From positions 1 to 26,632 of the IMG/VR virus record IMGVR_UViG_3300010358_000014: a DNA stretch of 26,632 nucleotides; one strand, 5' to 3'. Positions 1 through 7,747 of the stretch are shown one piece after another (the first letter of the stretch is position 1; each line of letters starts with the position of its first letter). Made by a program: the position numbers and the translations under genes. The stretch comes from a virus. Its lineage: Duplodnaviria; Caudoviricetes. The notes beneath the pieces were generated by a model. That model was not told where the DNA came from, searched no databases, and saw only the letters and a list, made by a program, of their open reading frames with translations.

Positions 1-776
1 ACTTCGTACGCATTCGTGTCAAGGGGGTATTCCCAAGGACTGGCGAGATGGAGTTCATTTCGGCAGAAACCGTTGAAGCAGCGACACAGGCTGAAGCAAC
101 CTCGATGCCTAGTGATGCCCTAGTTATAGGAGTTGACGTTGCCCGATATGGAGCAAACGAATCCGTTATTTGGTTCCGTAAGGGTCGTGATGCGAAGTCA
201 ATTCCACCGATACGCCTTAGAGGCTCAAGCACTGTCGAACTTGCTGGTAAAGTGTCGGAGTGCTTCCACCGATATAGAGTTGATGGGATATTTGTTGACG
301 GCGGGGGAGTTGGCGGAGGCGTTGTCGATCAATTGCGGGCGCTCCATATTCATGTGTTCGATGTTAATTTCGGATCAAAAGCAGAGGCAATAGGTTGGGC
401 CTGGGGCAATGAAGGAGAGCGTTATGCAAACAAACGAGCCGAAATGTGGGGAGCCATGCGACAGTGGTTACGATCTGGAGCTATTCCTGCGGATGCTGAT
501 CTTAAAGCCCAGCTTGTTGGACCGACTTATACGTATACAATCAAAAATGAAATCCAGCTTGAAAAGAAAGAAGAAATGATGCGCCGTGGACTCGATTCCC
601 CGGACCTTGCTGACGCTCTTGCACTAACCTTCGCTCTACCCGTTGCCGCACACCAGGGAGCCGGAGGCATAGGTCCGGGGAAGCCACTTGTTCAATCTGA
701 ATACAATCCATTCGACACAAAGAACATTTATGGCGATATGGTCGATCCGGATCAAGAAGATCGGAGGGTGGCATGA
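1..776 (+). CDS. terL: Terminase large subunit, C-terminal RNase H-like nuclease domain (5'-truncated)
   Basis: Frame is open from base 3 (FVRIRVKGVFPRTGEMEF...), so the ATG at 48 is internal. Motifs IGVDVARYG, IFVDGGGVGGGVVD, YANKRAEMW, SPDLADALALTFA; lies upstream of the portal. Confidence 0.93.
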   Translation, partial: FVRIRVKGVFPRTGEMEFISAETVEAATQAEATSMPSDALVIGVDVARYGANESVIWFRKGRDAKSIPPIRLRGSSTVELAGKVSECFHRYRVDGIFVDGGGVGGGVVDQLRALHIHVFDVNFGSKAEAIGWAWGNEGERYANKRAEMWGAMRQWLRSGAIPADADLKAQLVGPTYTYTIKNEIQLEKKEEMMRRGLDSPDLADALALTFALPVAAHQGAGGIGPGKPLVQSEYNPFDTKNIYGDMVDPDQEDRRVA

Positions 777-1051
777 GTTTCATTACACAAGCCGTTGGCA
801 AGCTATTCGGTGGGGGTGGTCCGCCTCCACTGGGGTCGCCAGCCAATCCGATCGTTGCCCCGCAAGCAGCCCCAGTTCCAGCCATTCCTCCACCACCCGC
901 ACCACCGCCAACTCCTGTACAAGCGCCTAGTATTGCTCCAACCCCGACACAGGCAACCGCACAGAGAGCCCTGACTACTAGAACAGCAACCTTCCTTGGT
1001 GCTGCCGCAGCAGCAGGTCAAACAGCTAAACCGAAGGCAACGTTAGGCTAA
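773..1051 (+). CDS. Small Pro/Ala-rich protein of the type found between terminase and portal in podophages (possible virion/ejected protein)
   Basis: ATGA overlap with terL stop, upstream GGAGG; poly-Pro centre; C-terminus TATFLG...KATLG resembles the TILT...KTLLG ends of such proteins. Confidence 0.7.
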   Translation: MSFITQAVGKLFGGGGPPPLGSPANPIVAPQAAPVPAIPPPPAPPPTPVQAPSIAPTPTQATAQRALTTRTATFLGAAAAAGQTAKPKATLG

Positions 1052-1443
1052 TGCCAATACAATTTCCATATCCAACAACTGGTTGGTCCATGGGTAGGAT
1101 GCGCAGAGTCGCCGATGTCCGCCGTGGCCGACCGGAACTCGAGGAACCAGGAATAGCTGAGGCTGAAAAGTTGGCTGGGGCATCTGCTGGATTAGCTGCT
1201 AGGGGCGGCGTGACACCTGGAATGAGAGTAGAACAAGCCGTGACCCCAATGGATCAGATTACTCAGCATCGGGACCAACTTCAGGATGCGGCTGATCAGT
1301 ATGCTCGGGGTAAGGCGTCGTTGACCGACTTCAACGATCTTGTTGAAAGGCTCGGATGGAAGCCGGCCAAGAAAAAGAAGAATGGCCAGTTACAAGCTAC
1401 TGATCCTGATGGGAACGTCCATACATTCGGTGGAGAGGAATGA
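1051..1443 (+). CDS. Hypothetical protein, 130 aa (paralogue of 4568..4885)
   Basis: TAATG coupling upstream and ATGA overlap downstream; shares three motifs with the ORF at 4568. Confidence 0.7.
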   Translation: MPIQFPYPTTGWSMGRMRRVADVRRGRPELEEPGIAEAEKLAGASAGLAARGGVTPGMRVEQAVTPMDQITQHRDQLQDAADQYARGKASLTDFNDLVERLGWKPAKKKKNGQLQATDPDGNVHTFGGEE

Positions 1444-1670
1444 TGCCACAAGTCCCATTCGACGTAGGTCAACTAATGGAAGATAAGCCAATGAATACGC
1501 TTGGCGATTCAACTCCGGGCGCATCTCAGATTCTTCAATCGGCTGCCATTATGCATGGAATGGGTCGCTTGCTGGATTCTGGTAAGGGTGCGCACAGTGA
1601 TACCGTAGGTTTTAGGATGCCTAAGCGAATGAAGGGCTTCTCACAACGAGGCCAAGGTAGACGTAGGTAA
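1440..1670 (+). CDS. Hypothetical protein, 75-76 aa, basic C-terminus
   Basis: RBS GGAGAGG, ATGATG start overlapping the previous stop; TAATG coupling to portal; fills the gap exactly. Confidence 0.65.
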   Translation: MMPQVPFDVGQLMEDKPMNTLGDSTPGASQILQSAAIMHGMGRLLDSGKGAHSDTVGFRMPKRMKGFSQRGQGRRR

Positions 1671-3436
1671 TGGCCGACCAGCGAATAGGCGATAAGTACG
1701 TCAGTAACGAAGACCTGGAGCTACATCGCCATGTCAATGAGCGATTGCTCGGTTTGCGTGTTAATCGCTATTCATGGTGGGTCCATGCTCGTGAGTTAGC
1801 TGATTTCCTCCTACCACGTAGGTATAAATGGCTTATCACTCCAAATCAGATGACTCGTGGCTCGCCAATCAATCAACACATCTTGGACTCGACTGGTACT
1901 CTGGCTGCACGCAATTTAGCGAGTGGGATGATGTCTGGTATCTCCTCGCCAACCCGGCCCTGGTTCAGGTTAAAGATTGGCCGTATCGATTCGACGCAGA
2001 CCTCCCCTGTCTCTTTATGGTTGGCCGAGTGCGAGCGTTTGATGATGCTCGTGTTTCAAGAATCGAATTTCTACAATTCAATTGCGATTGTGTACTTCGA
2101 TCTTGTTATATTCGGCACAGCAGTTATGTTGATCTATGAGGACTTTGATAATGTCATCAATTGCGTTAATCCATGCTTTGGCGAATACTATGTTGATAAC
2201 GATGGCAAATATCGCCCCTTGATCTTCTTCCGGGAGTTCACTTTCACTTCAGCCCAAACCGTAGATGAATTCGGCTATGAAAATACGTCGAAGCAAGTCC
2301 AAATGCTCTACGACCAAGGCAAAGCGGGCCTCACGAGGGAAATCATCGTTGCGCATGCGATCGAGCCGAATGACAAGCCGGACAAGTTCGGTATACCCAG
2401 TCATTTCAAGTATCGAGAAGTCTATTGGGAATGGGGTGGTTCGGCTAGTCCGCAAGGAGGTATTTCGTATGCGCCGGGGTTCCTTAGAAAGAAAGGGTTC
2501 AACGAGGCTCCCCACGTTTGCGTTAGATGGGACCTCGTGAGTAATGATGCTTACGGCAGGAGTCCAGGCATGGATGCGCTGCCGGATGTGAAGCAACTTC
2601 AACAGCAGGTTCGGCGCAAAGCCCAGGCAATCGACAAAACCGTTAACCCGCCAATGATAGCTGACATCCAATTGAAGAATCAACCGGCATCGCTACTCCC
2701 AGGCGGCACCACCTATGTTGCAGGAATGATGCAAGCTAACAATGCAGGATTTGCACCAGCGTATGGGAACTGGAAGCCGGGAATTGCTGAAATCTCTGAA
2801 GATTTGAATGAGGTTCGTGAACGGATCAGAAGGATATTCTATAACGATCTTTTCCAAGTTATTTCACAATTCCAGACCCGATCCAATGTATCGGCGACAG
2901 AAATCGATGCTAGGCGTAGTGAAGCGTTGGTTATGTTGGGCCCCGTACTGGAAAGGATCGAATATGAGCTGCTGTCTCCTGCAATCGAACGAACCTTCGC
3001 AATTATGTCTAGGGCCGGAATTCTGCCGCCACCCCCAGCTGAAATTCAAGGAGCTAACATTGACATTGAGTACGTCTCAATGCTTAGCCAAGCTCAACAA
3101 GCCGCAGCCTCTAGTGGAATTGAGAGAACTCTCCAACTGGCAGGAGGGCTTGTTGGAGTCGATCCCTCTGTGATGGACAACATTGATCTCGATACTACCC
3201 TCCAAATCTACTCCAATCTGATGAACAACAACCCTAGAATGATTCGTTCACCAGAAGCTCTGATGGCGCTTAGAAAGCAGAGACAACAGCAACAGGCGAT
3301 GCAGCAGCAAGAAGCGATGGCTGAACGGGCCTCCAAGCTTGCTACTGGGGCTAAGACGTTAAGCGAGACTGATGTGGGCGGTGGTCAGAACGCTCTACAA
3401 GCTATGATGGGTGTTGGAGGCCCGGCTGCGGCATGA
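1670..3436 (+). CDS. Portal (head-tail connector) protein, T7 gp8/Bbp21-like
   Basis: 588 aa; motifs ILDSTGTLAARNLASGMMSG..SPTRPWFRL, RW...YGRSPGMDALPDVKQLQ, SATEI..R..E...LGPVLERI..ELL.P.IERTF, Gln-rich coiled-coil C-terminus. Confidence 0.95.
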   Translation: MADQRIGDKYVSNEDLELHRHVNERLLGLRVNRYSWWVHARELADFLLPRRYKWLITPNQMTRGSPINQHILDSTGTLAARNLASGMMSGISSPTRPWFRLKIGRIDSTQTSPVSLWLAECERLMMLVFQESNFYNSIAIVYFDLVIFGTAVMLIYEDFDNVINCVNPCFGEYYVDNDGKYRPLIFFREFTFTSAQTVDEFGYENTSKQVQMLYDQGKAGLTREIIVAHAIEPNDKPDKFGIPSHFKYREVYWEWGGSASPQGGISYAPGFLRKKGFNEAPHVCVRWDLVSNDAYGRSPGMDALPDVKQLQQQVRRKAQAIDKTVNPPMIADIQLKNQPASLLPGGTTYVAGMMQANNAGFAPAYGNWKPGIAEISEDLNEVRERIRRIFYNDLFQVISQFQTRSNVSATEIDARRSEALVMLGPVLERIEYELLSPAIERTFAIMSRAGILPPPPAEIQGANIDIEYVSMLSQAQQAAASSGIERTLQLAGGLVGVDPSVMDNIDLDTTLQIYSNLMNNNPRMIRSPEALMALRKQRQQQQAMQQQEAMAERASKLATGAKTLSETDVGGGQNALQAMMGVGGPAAA

Positions 3437-3648
3437 GTCATGTAATCGCAGTCAGACTAAGCGATGGCGAATTTAACGCATTCGTACAACTGCGTGATCG
3501 TCACAATGTCACCGCACAACAGCTTCTTCACGCCATTGTAATCGATGCGCTAGTGGAGGATGGATTCGATGCCCTACGATGCAGGCAATCGGAAGGATGT
3601 GAGGACACTGGAGAAGCAAGCGAAACTAGAGGAGACGCAGCGCCGTGA
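3433..3648 (+). CDS. Putative ribbon-helix-helix DNA-binding protein
   Basis: ATGA overlap with portal stop; VIAVRLSDGEFNAFVQLRDRHNVTAQQLLHAIVIDAL fits the RHH strand-helix-turn-helix pattern; last 80 nt overlap the next gene. Confidence 0.5.
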   Translation: MSHVIAVRLSDGEFNAFVQLRDRHNVTAQQLLHAIVIDALVEDGFDALRCRQSEGCEDTGEASETRGDAAP

Positions 3649-3997
3649 GATTATATCAGGCATCATGTCTGTTGCGCCAGGTCGAAGATGGATGTGTGAC
3701 CTACTCGAACATTGCCACATATTCTCCACGAGCTACTCCGATGTCGCCCACAGAATGGCTTTCATGGAAGGACAGCGTGAGGTTGGCATTCTCTTACTTA
3801 CCGACATCATGGCATCGTGTCCTGATAACTATGTTCTAATGATGGGAGAGCGAAATGCCAGACAGTCAGCCACAGACGCCCGACTCAGTCGAACGGACGG
3901 CGACGGGAGCGATAGCGGATCGGGGTCAGACGACGACTCCGGCGGCGACGACTCCGCAGACTTCGACGCAGCCAGAGACCTCTACACCGACCGATGA
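3569..3997 (+). CDS. Bbp19-like phage protein
   Basis: GGAGG at 3555-3559 favours ATG 3569; motif IMS..PGRRW..DLLE.C.IF.TSY....MAF.EGQREVG typical of the protein between portal and scaffold. Confidence 0.8.
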   Translation: MPYDAGNRKDVRTLEKQAKLEETQRREIISGIMSVAPGRRWMCDLLEHCHIFSTSYSDVAHRMAFMEGQREVGILLLTDIMASCPDNYVLMMGERNARQSATDARLSRTDGDGSDSGSGSDDDSGGDDSADFDAARDLYTDR

Positions 3998-4568
3998 GCC
4001 GAAGTCGTTAGTTAATCAGACCGAGGAGAAATCGATTGCTAATCAGACCCCACCAGCTGGTGAGGGTGCGCCTGAAGCCTATATTCCATTCAACGTGCCA
4101 GAAGGCTATGTCCTTGATGAAGAAGTAGCCAAGGAAGCGGGCACTATGTTCAAGGGAATGAATCTCTCCCAAGAGCAGGGTCAAAAGCTTGTTGATTTCT
4201 ACGTCGCCAAGACGAATGAAGCGGTTAATCAGCCTTACGAGGTTTGGCGCAATACACAGCAGGAATGGGTGAAGCAGGTTAAGACTGATCCGTTCCTCGG
4301 ACCTAGGCTAACTCAAGTGACCTCGACCATATCGAAAGCTATCGACATAGTAGCTAAAGATAATCCTAGGCTTGCTGAAGGCTTCCGTTCGGTTATGGAC
4401 TTTACTGGTGCTGGTAACCATCCGGACTTTATCCGAATGTTCTATGAGATGGCCTCACGGCTAACCGAGGGCGGTTATGTCGCTGGTAAGGGGCCATCGC
4501 CAGCAGGCCAGACGCAGCCAGGCACGATGCCTACAGCCGCTAAGGCCATGTACCCGAATCTACCGTGA
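3855..4568 (+). CDS. Capsid assembly scaffolding protein
   Basis: Disordered Thr/Pro-rich N-terminus, APEAY..F.VPEG..LD, LSQEQGQKLVD, GAGNHPDFIR, C-terminal AAKAMYPNLP; position before capsid gene; GGAG RBS. Confidence 0.85.
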   Translation: MPDSQPQTPDSVERTATGAIADRGQTTTPAATTPQTSTQPETSTPTDEPKSLVNQTEEKSIANQTPPAGEGAPEAYIPFNVPEGYVLDEEVAKEAGTMFKGMNLSQEQGQKLVDFYVAKTNEAVNQPYEVWRNTQQEWVKQVKTDPFLGPRLTQVTSTISKAIDIVAKDNPRLAEGFRSVMDFTGAGNHPDFIRMFYEMASRLTEGGYVAGKGPSPAGQTQPGTMPTAAKAMYPNLP

Positions 4569-4885
4569 TGCCAGAACAATTCACATATCCCGACCCTGGC
4601 TGGTCGCAGCAGATGAACCGGCGTGCGCAGGATTATCCAACATTGCCACAAGGCGAGTGGAATAGATGGTTCCATGGACTGCCATCTGGTAGCTCTTTCT
4701 ACGCTGGAGAGGCTACAAGGGATCTGAATAAATTCCTAGAACAAGCCCCTGAGGGATTTAGTGTTCCCGATAATCATCCTGGGATTAAGGATTTAGACAC
4801 TAATGAAGTTGACATATTTCGGAATCCAGACATGAAAGGTCACTTATTTGTTAAACCCAAACGAGCTAAGGCGCTAACATCATGA
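4568..4885 (+). CDS. Hypothetical protein, 105 aa (paralogue of 1051..1443)
   Basis: TGATG coupling with scaffold stop (alternative GTG at 4565); shared motifs with ORF 1051. Confidence 0.65.
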   Translation: MPEQFTYPDPGWSQQMNRRAQDYPTLPQGEWNRWFHGLPSGSSFYAGEATRDLNKFLEQAPEGFSVPDNHPGIKDLDTNEVDIFRNPDMKGHLFVKPKRAKALTS

Positions 4886-4890
4886 GTTCA

Positions 4891-4977
4891 TTAGATCAGT
4901 TGCCCTGCCACAGATGTGGATGAATGGAGATGGGCCAACGCAAACCAAGAGGAGAAATCTAGGAATAGGAGTCGATC
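4891..4977 (+). promoter_or_regulatory. Potentially structured 5' leader and RBS of the major capsid gene
   Basis: GTTGCCC (4899-4905) can pair with GGGCCAAC (4932-4939, one bulge), enclosing hairpin CCAC-AGAT-GTGG (4908-4919); TAGAT (4892-4896) can pair with ATCTA (4957-4961); RBS AGGAG at 4967-4971. Confidence 0.4.
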
Positions 4978-6021
4978 ATGGCTACGATTGGCGCAACTGC
5001 GCTAACCTATGCCGATTGGGCCAAGCGAATGGATGACGGCTATCATGTAGCTGTTATCATCGAATTGCTCAGTCAAACGAATGAGATCCTCGATGACATG
5101 CTCGTTGTTGAAGGTAACCTACCAACTGGTCACAAGACCACTGTACGTACAGGTCTACCCCAAGCAACCTGGCGATTGCTCAACACAGGCGTTCCCAATG
5201 CTAAGTCTACGACGGCTCAGATTGTGGACACCTGCGGCAATCTGGAGACGTATGCGGTTATCGATAAGGACGTGGCTGATCTTAACGGAAACACCGCAGA
5301 TTTCCGGCTCTCGGAGGTCAAGGCGTTTCTGGAAGGCATGTCTCAACAGGTGGCCGCCACGCTGATCTATGGGAACCAGTTCATCAACCCAGAGAGATTC
5401 ACAGGCCTTGCCCCAAGATACAGCACCAAAAACCCCGCCAACTCCCAAACGGCAGCTAATGTTCTCGACGGGGGAGGCACTGCGAGTACTAACACTTCTC
5501 TATGGATCGTCGTATGGGGACCAGACACCTGGCATGCTACGTTCCCTAAAGGGAAAGTCACTGGACTTCAACATCGTGACATGGGTGAATGGCCGGTCCA
5601 AGACACCAGTGGCAACACCTTCCAAGCCTACCGAGACCACTTCAAGTGGGAAATCGGGTTGGTAGCCAGGGATTGGCGCTATGCCGTCAGAATCTGCAAC
5701 ATCGACATCACCCAGCTCTCCGGTGTCAACGCAGCGAACCTTATCAATCTCCTCGTCAGAGGATTGTATCGACTTCCTACAGCACCTGCTGGTGCAACTA
5801 CGATCCAAACGTCTGACACTCCGGAGGTACGGGCTAACATGGGACGAACGGTTATATACGCTAACCGTGTCATTCGAACATACCTCGACCTCCAGGCCAT
5901 GAACAAGACCAACGTCTTGCTCAGGATCGAGGAGTTCGAAGGCAAGCCAGTCACCACGTTCAGGAGCATTCCAGTCAGAACCTGTGATGCGATCCTGAAC
6001 AACGAAGCTCAAGTCACGTAG
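4978..6021 (+). CDS. Major capsid protein (HK97 fold, BPP-1 Bbp17/epsilon15 gp7-like)
   Basis: 347 aa; TYADWAKR, IIELLSQTNEILDDM..VEGNLPTGHKTTVRTGLP..TWR, FTGLAPRY, RDWRYAVRICNID, F..IPVR..DAILN.EA; strong RBS; C-ending codon bias. Confidence 0.95.
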   Translation: MATIGATALTYADWAKRMDDGYHVAVIIELLSQTNEILDDMLVVEGNLPTGHKTTVRTGLPQATWRLLNTGVPNAKSTTAQIVDTCGNLETYAVIDKDVADLNGNTADFRLSEVKAFLEGMSQQVAATLIYGNQFINPERFTGLAPRYSTKNPANSQTAANVLDGGGTASTNTSLWIVVWGPDTWHATFPKGKVTGLQHRDMGEWPVQDTSGNTFQAYRDHFKWEIGLVARDWRYAVRICNIDITQLSGVNAANLINLLVRGLYRLPTAPAGATTIQTSDTPEVRANMGRTVIYANRVIRTYLDLQAMNKTNVLLRIEEFEGKPVTTFRSIPVRTCDAILNNEAQVT

Positions 6022-6030
6022 GAGACAGCC

Positions 6031-6570
6031 ATGATCCTTGACGGCTTTCTACAATTCACAAGCTCAGTTGGCGGCGGAACCGGCGTTGGCGATAGCCCAA
6101 CAGCCAGCGCAACCTCTACCAACATCATCGACCTCCATATGGCTGGCATTCCTGTCCTCGCAGCAGGCCAGGGAGCCAGGGATATTGGCATCGGCGATGA
6201 CCCGGCCATGAAGCTGTTGGTCCTCGTTACCGCAGCTTTTACTGGCTTAACGTCACTTCAAGTTGCCTTGCAGGGTGCTCCTGATAACGGTTCTGGTGCT
6301 CCAGGCACGTTCGTGACTTGGTGGTTAAGCCCGGCCTATGCACTAGCTACTCTGGTAGTTGGTGCACGGTTGTACGATATGGACATGCCTCGGCCTCCGG
6401 CTGGCGTTGTTGAGCCAAGGTTCCTCCAGCTTGCCTATACCATCGCTGGTACGGGCACAGGCGGCACGATCAAAGCCTGGATCGTGCTCGATCGGCATGA
6501 CCAGTTCTACAACGCACTTGCCAATAACGTCCTTGGCGGCTACCCGCCTGGGGTAGTGGTAACGAACTGA
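6031..6570 (+). CDS. Capsid cement/decoration protein, Bbp16-like
   Basis: Immediately after capsid gene; MILD..LQF...STNIIDL...RDIG.G..P, LQV.LQ...DN, RFLQLAYT..GT..G.I.A.IV.D pattern; RBS AGGAG. Confidence 0.85.
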   Translation: MILDGFLQFTSSVGGGTGVGDSPTASATSTNIIDLHMAGIPVLAAGQGARDIGIGDDPAMKLLVLVTAAFTGLTSLQVALQGAPDNGSGAPGTFVTWWLSPAYALATLVVGARLYDMDMPRPPAGVVEPRFLQLAYTIAGTGTGGTIKAWIVLDRHDQFYNALANNVLGGYPPGVVVTN

Positions 6571-7046
6571 TGACTCGACGGTCTGCATGGCTCCTGGGGA
6601 TTGCGATTGCAGTCCTCGGGGCCACCCTAGTGATAGGGCAGCAGCTAACCCCATCTGGCCTTAGCGGCAATGAAACCTGGAGCGTAGCCACAGGTGGTCC
6701 TGGTGGTCCAAGTATCTTTGTCACCACCAATCACATGCGGAATACCTCGAGCTATGCCTTATCGAGTGTCACAACTGGGGCAGTCACCCCTGGCGCTAAT
6801 ACCGTTGCTACTATCTTCACAGCTGCGCTAACCGGTGCTATAACCTTTAATGCTCCAGCATCGCCGTTAGATGGCCAGAAGATAGCGGTGACCAACGGAA
6901 CCGGTGCAGCCTTTACCCAGACAATCACGCTGACTGCGGCTGCTGGTCAAACCGTGGTCAACGGAGCCTGCGCTACGGAAGCCGTTGGTGCAACGTGTGC
7001 ATGGCTATACGTAGCCTCGACCACGACTTGGTATAGGATACAATAA
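6570..7046 (+). CDS. Signal-peptide-bearing beta-rich protein, putative virion decoration/fibre adaptor
   Basis: TGATG coupling; N-terminus MTRRSAWLLGIAIAVLGATLVIG|QQ; Thr/Gly/Ala-rich; C-terminal ITFNAP...DGQKIAV.N....TITL....GQTV...W domain; 2 Cys. Confidence 0.7.
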   Translation: MTRRSAWLLGIAIAVLGATLVIGQQLTPSGLSGNETWSVATGGPGGPSIFVTTNHMRNTSSYALSSVTTGAVTPGANTVATIFTAALTGAITFNAPASPLDGQKIAVTNGTGAAFTQTITLTAAAGQTVVNGACATEAVGATCAWLYVASTTTWYRIQ

Positions 7047-7047
7047 C

Positions 7048-7491
7048 ATGAAACGCCTGTTCCTCCCGGCACTGGTTGGCATTCTGCTTCTGGCGGGGTG
7101 CCAGCCATCTTCTGCGCAGCAAGCCGGAGCGCAGCAAGTCTACTGTGGGCGAGTCCTTACTGTTAGTGCTGGTGCCACATCAATCACAGCAGCAGTTACT
7201 GGCACGACGGGTCAGATCATAGCTGTTTGCGGCTACGACATCAATGCGGGTGCCGCAGCCGGTACGTTTCAGCTGACGGTAGGCACGGGCACTAATTGCA
7301 ATGCTAATACGCTTGCAATAACACCGACGTTTTCCCTTGGCATCAATGGGGTGTTGGTAAGCCGATCACCGGTGGCCTTCTACACGACTCCTACTCCTGT
7401 CTCACCAATAACAGGCTGGCAACTCTGTTACACAATCACTGGCACAGGTCCAATAAACGCTAATGTGTACTACCATCTCTATGGAGGTTAA
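7048..7491 (+). CDS. Exported protein (lipobox LAGC or SPase I site SSA|QQ), beta-sandwich-like
   Basis: MKRLFLPALVGILLLAGCQPSSAQQ; 4 further Cys; alternating beta-strand pattern. Confidence 0.7.
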   Translation: MKRLFLPALVGILLLAGCQPSSAQQAGAQQVYCGRVLTVSAGATSITAAVTGTTGQIIAVCGYDINAGAAAGTFQLTVGTGTNCNANTLAITPTFSLGINGVLVSRSPVAFYTTPTPVSPITGWQLCYTITGTGPINANVYYHLYGG

Positions 7492-7492
7492 A

Positions 7493-7744
7493 ATGGCAAG
7501 ATGGCAAGGTCTAGCAGCTTTTGTGATAGGCCACAAGAGCTACAAAGCAGGTACGAAGTACGCCGATACTGTCGGCAATGCGGTAGCTGGAGATGTGGTA
7601 TATGCTCCGTTCGGTACATCAGCCGGAATATCGCCGTTGCTGAATCCGTTAGACGGCGCAGCCACAACTCTGCGCAACGCCAGCCGATTCGCATCTACTC
7701 CGATCCCTTGCACCATAACTGGTGTCAATAGCATAGATGGGTGA
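7493..7744 (+). CDS. Hypothetical protein, 83 aa (MARW...PLD family)
   Basis: GGAGGT RBS at 7483-7488 selects ATG 7493 rather than 7463; motifs shared with the next gene. Confidence 0.7.
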   Translation: MARWQGLAAFVIGHKSYKAGTKYADTVGNAVAGDVVYAPFGTSAGISPLLNPLDGAATTLRNASRFASTPIPCTITGVNSIDG

Positions 7745-7747
7745 CAT

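Noticed and set aside
126-170. Terminase motif reads GVDVARYGAN instead of GVDVARFGDD, suggesting inactivation
   Set aside because: The main acidic residues (GVD, FVD, PDLAD) are intact and the frame is uninterrupted
4926-4965. Fluoride riboswitch (GGAGAUGG start)
   Set aside because: No downstream CUCC partner stem or GCU.AUG.C motif; context is a capsid gene
6570-6640. Tat signal (TRR) on the 158-aa protein
   Set aside because: RRSAW is a poor match to S/T-R-R-x-F-L-K and the n-region is very short; Sec export is more plausible
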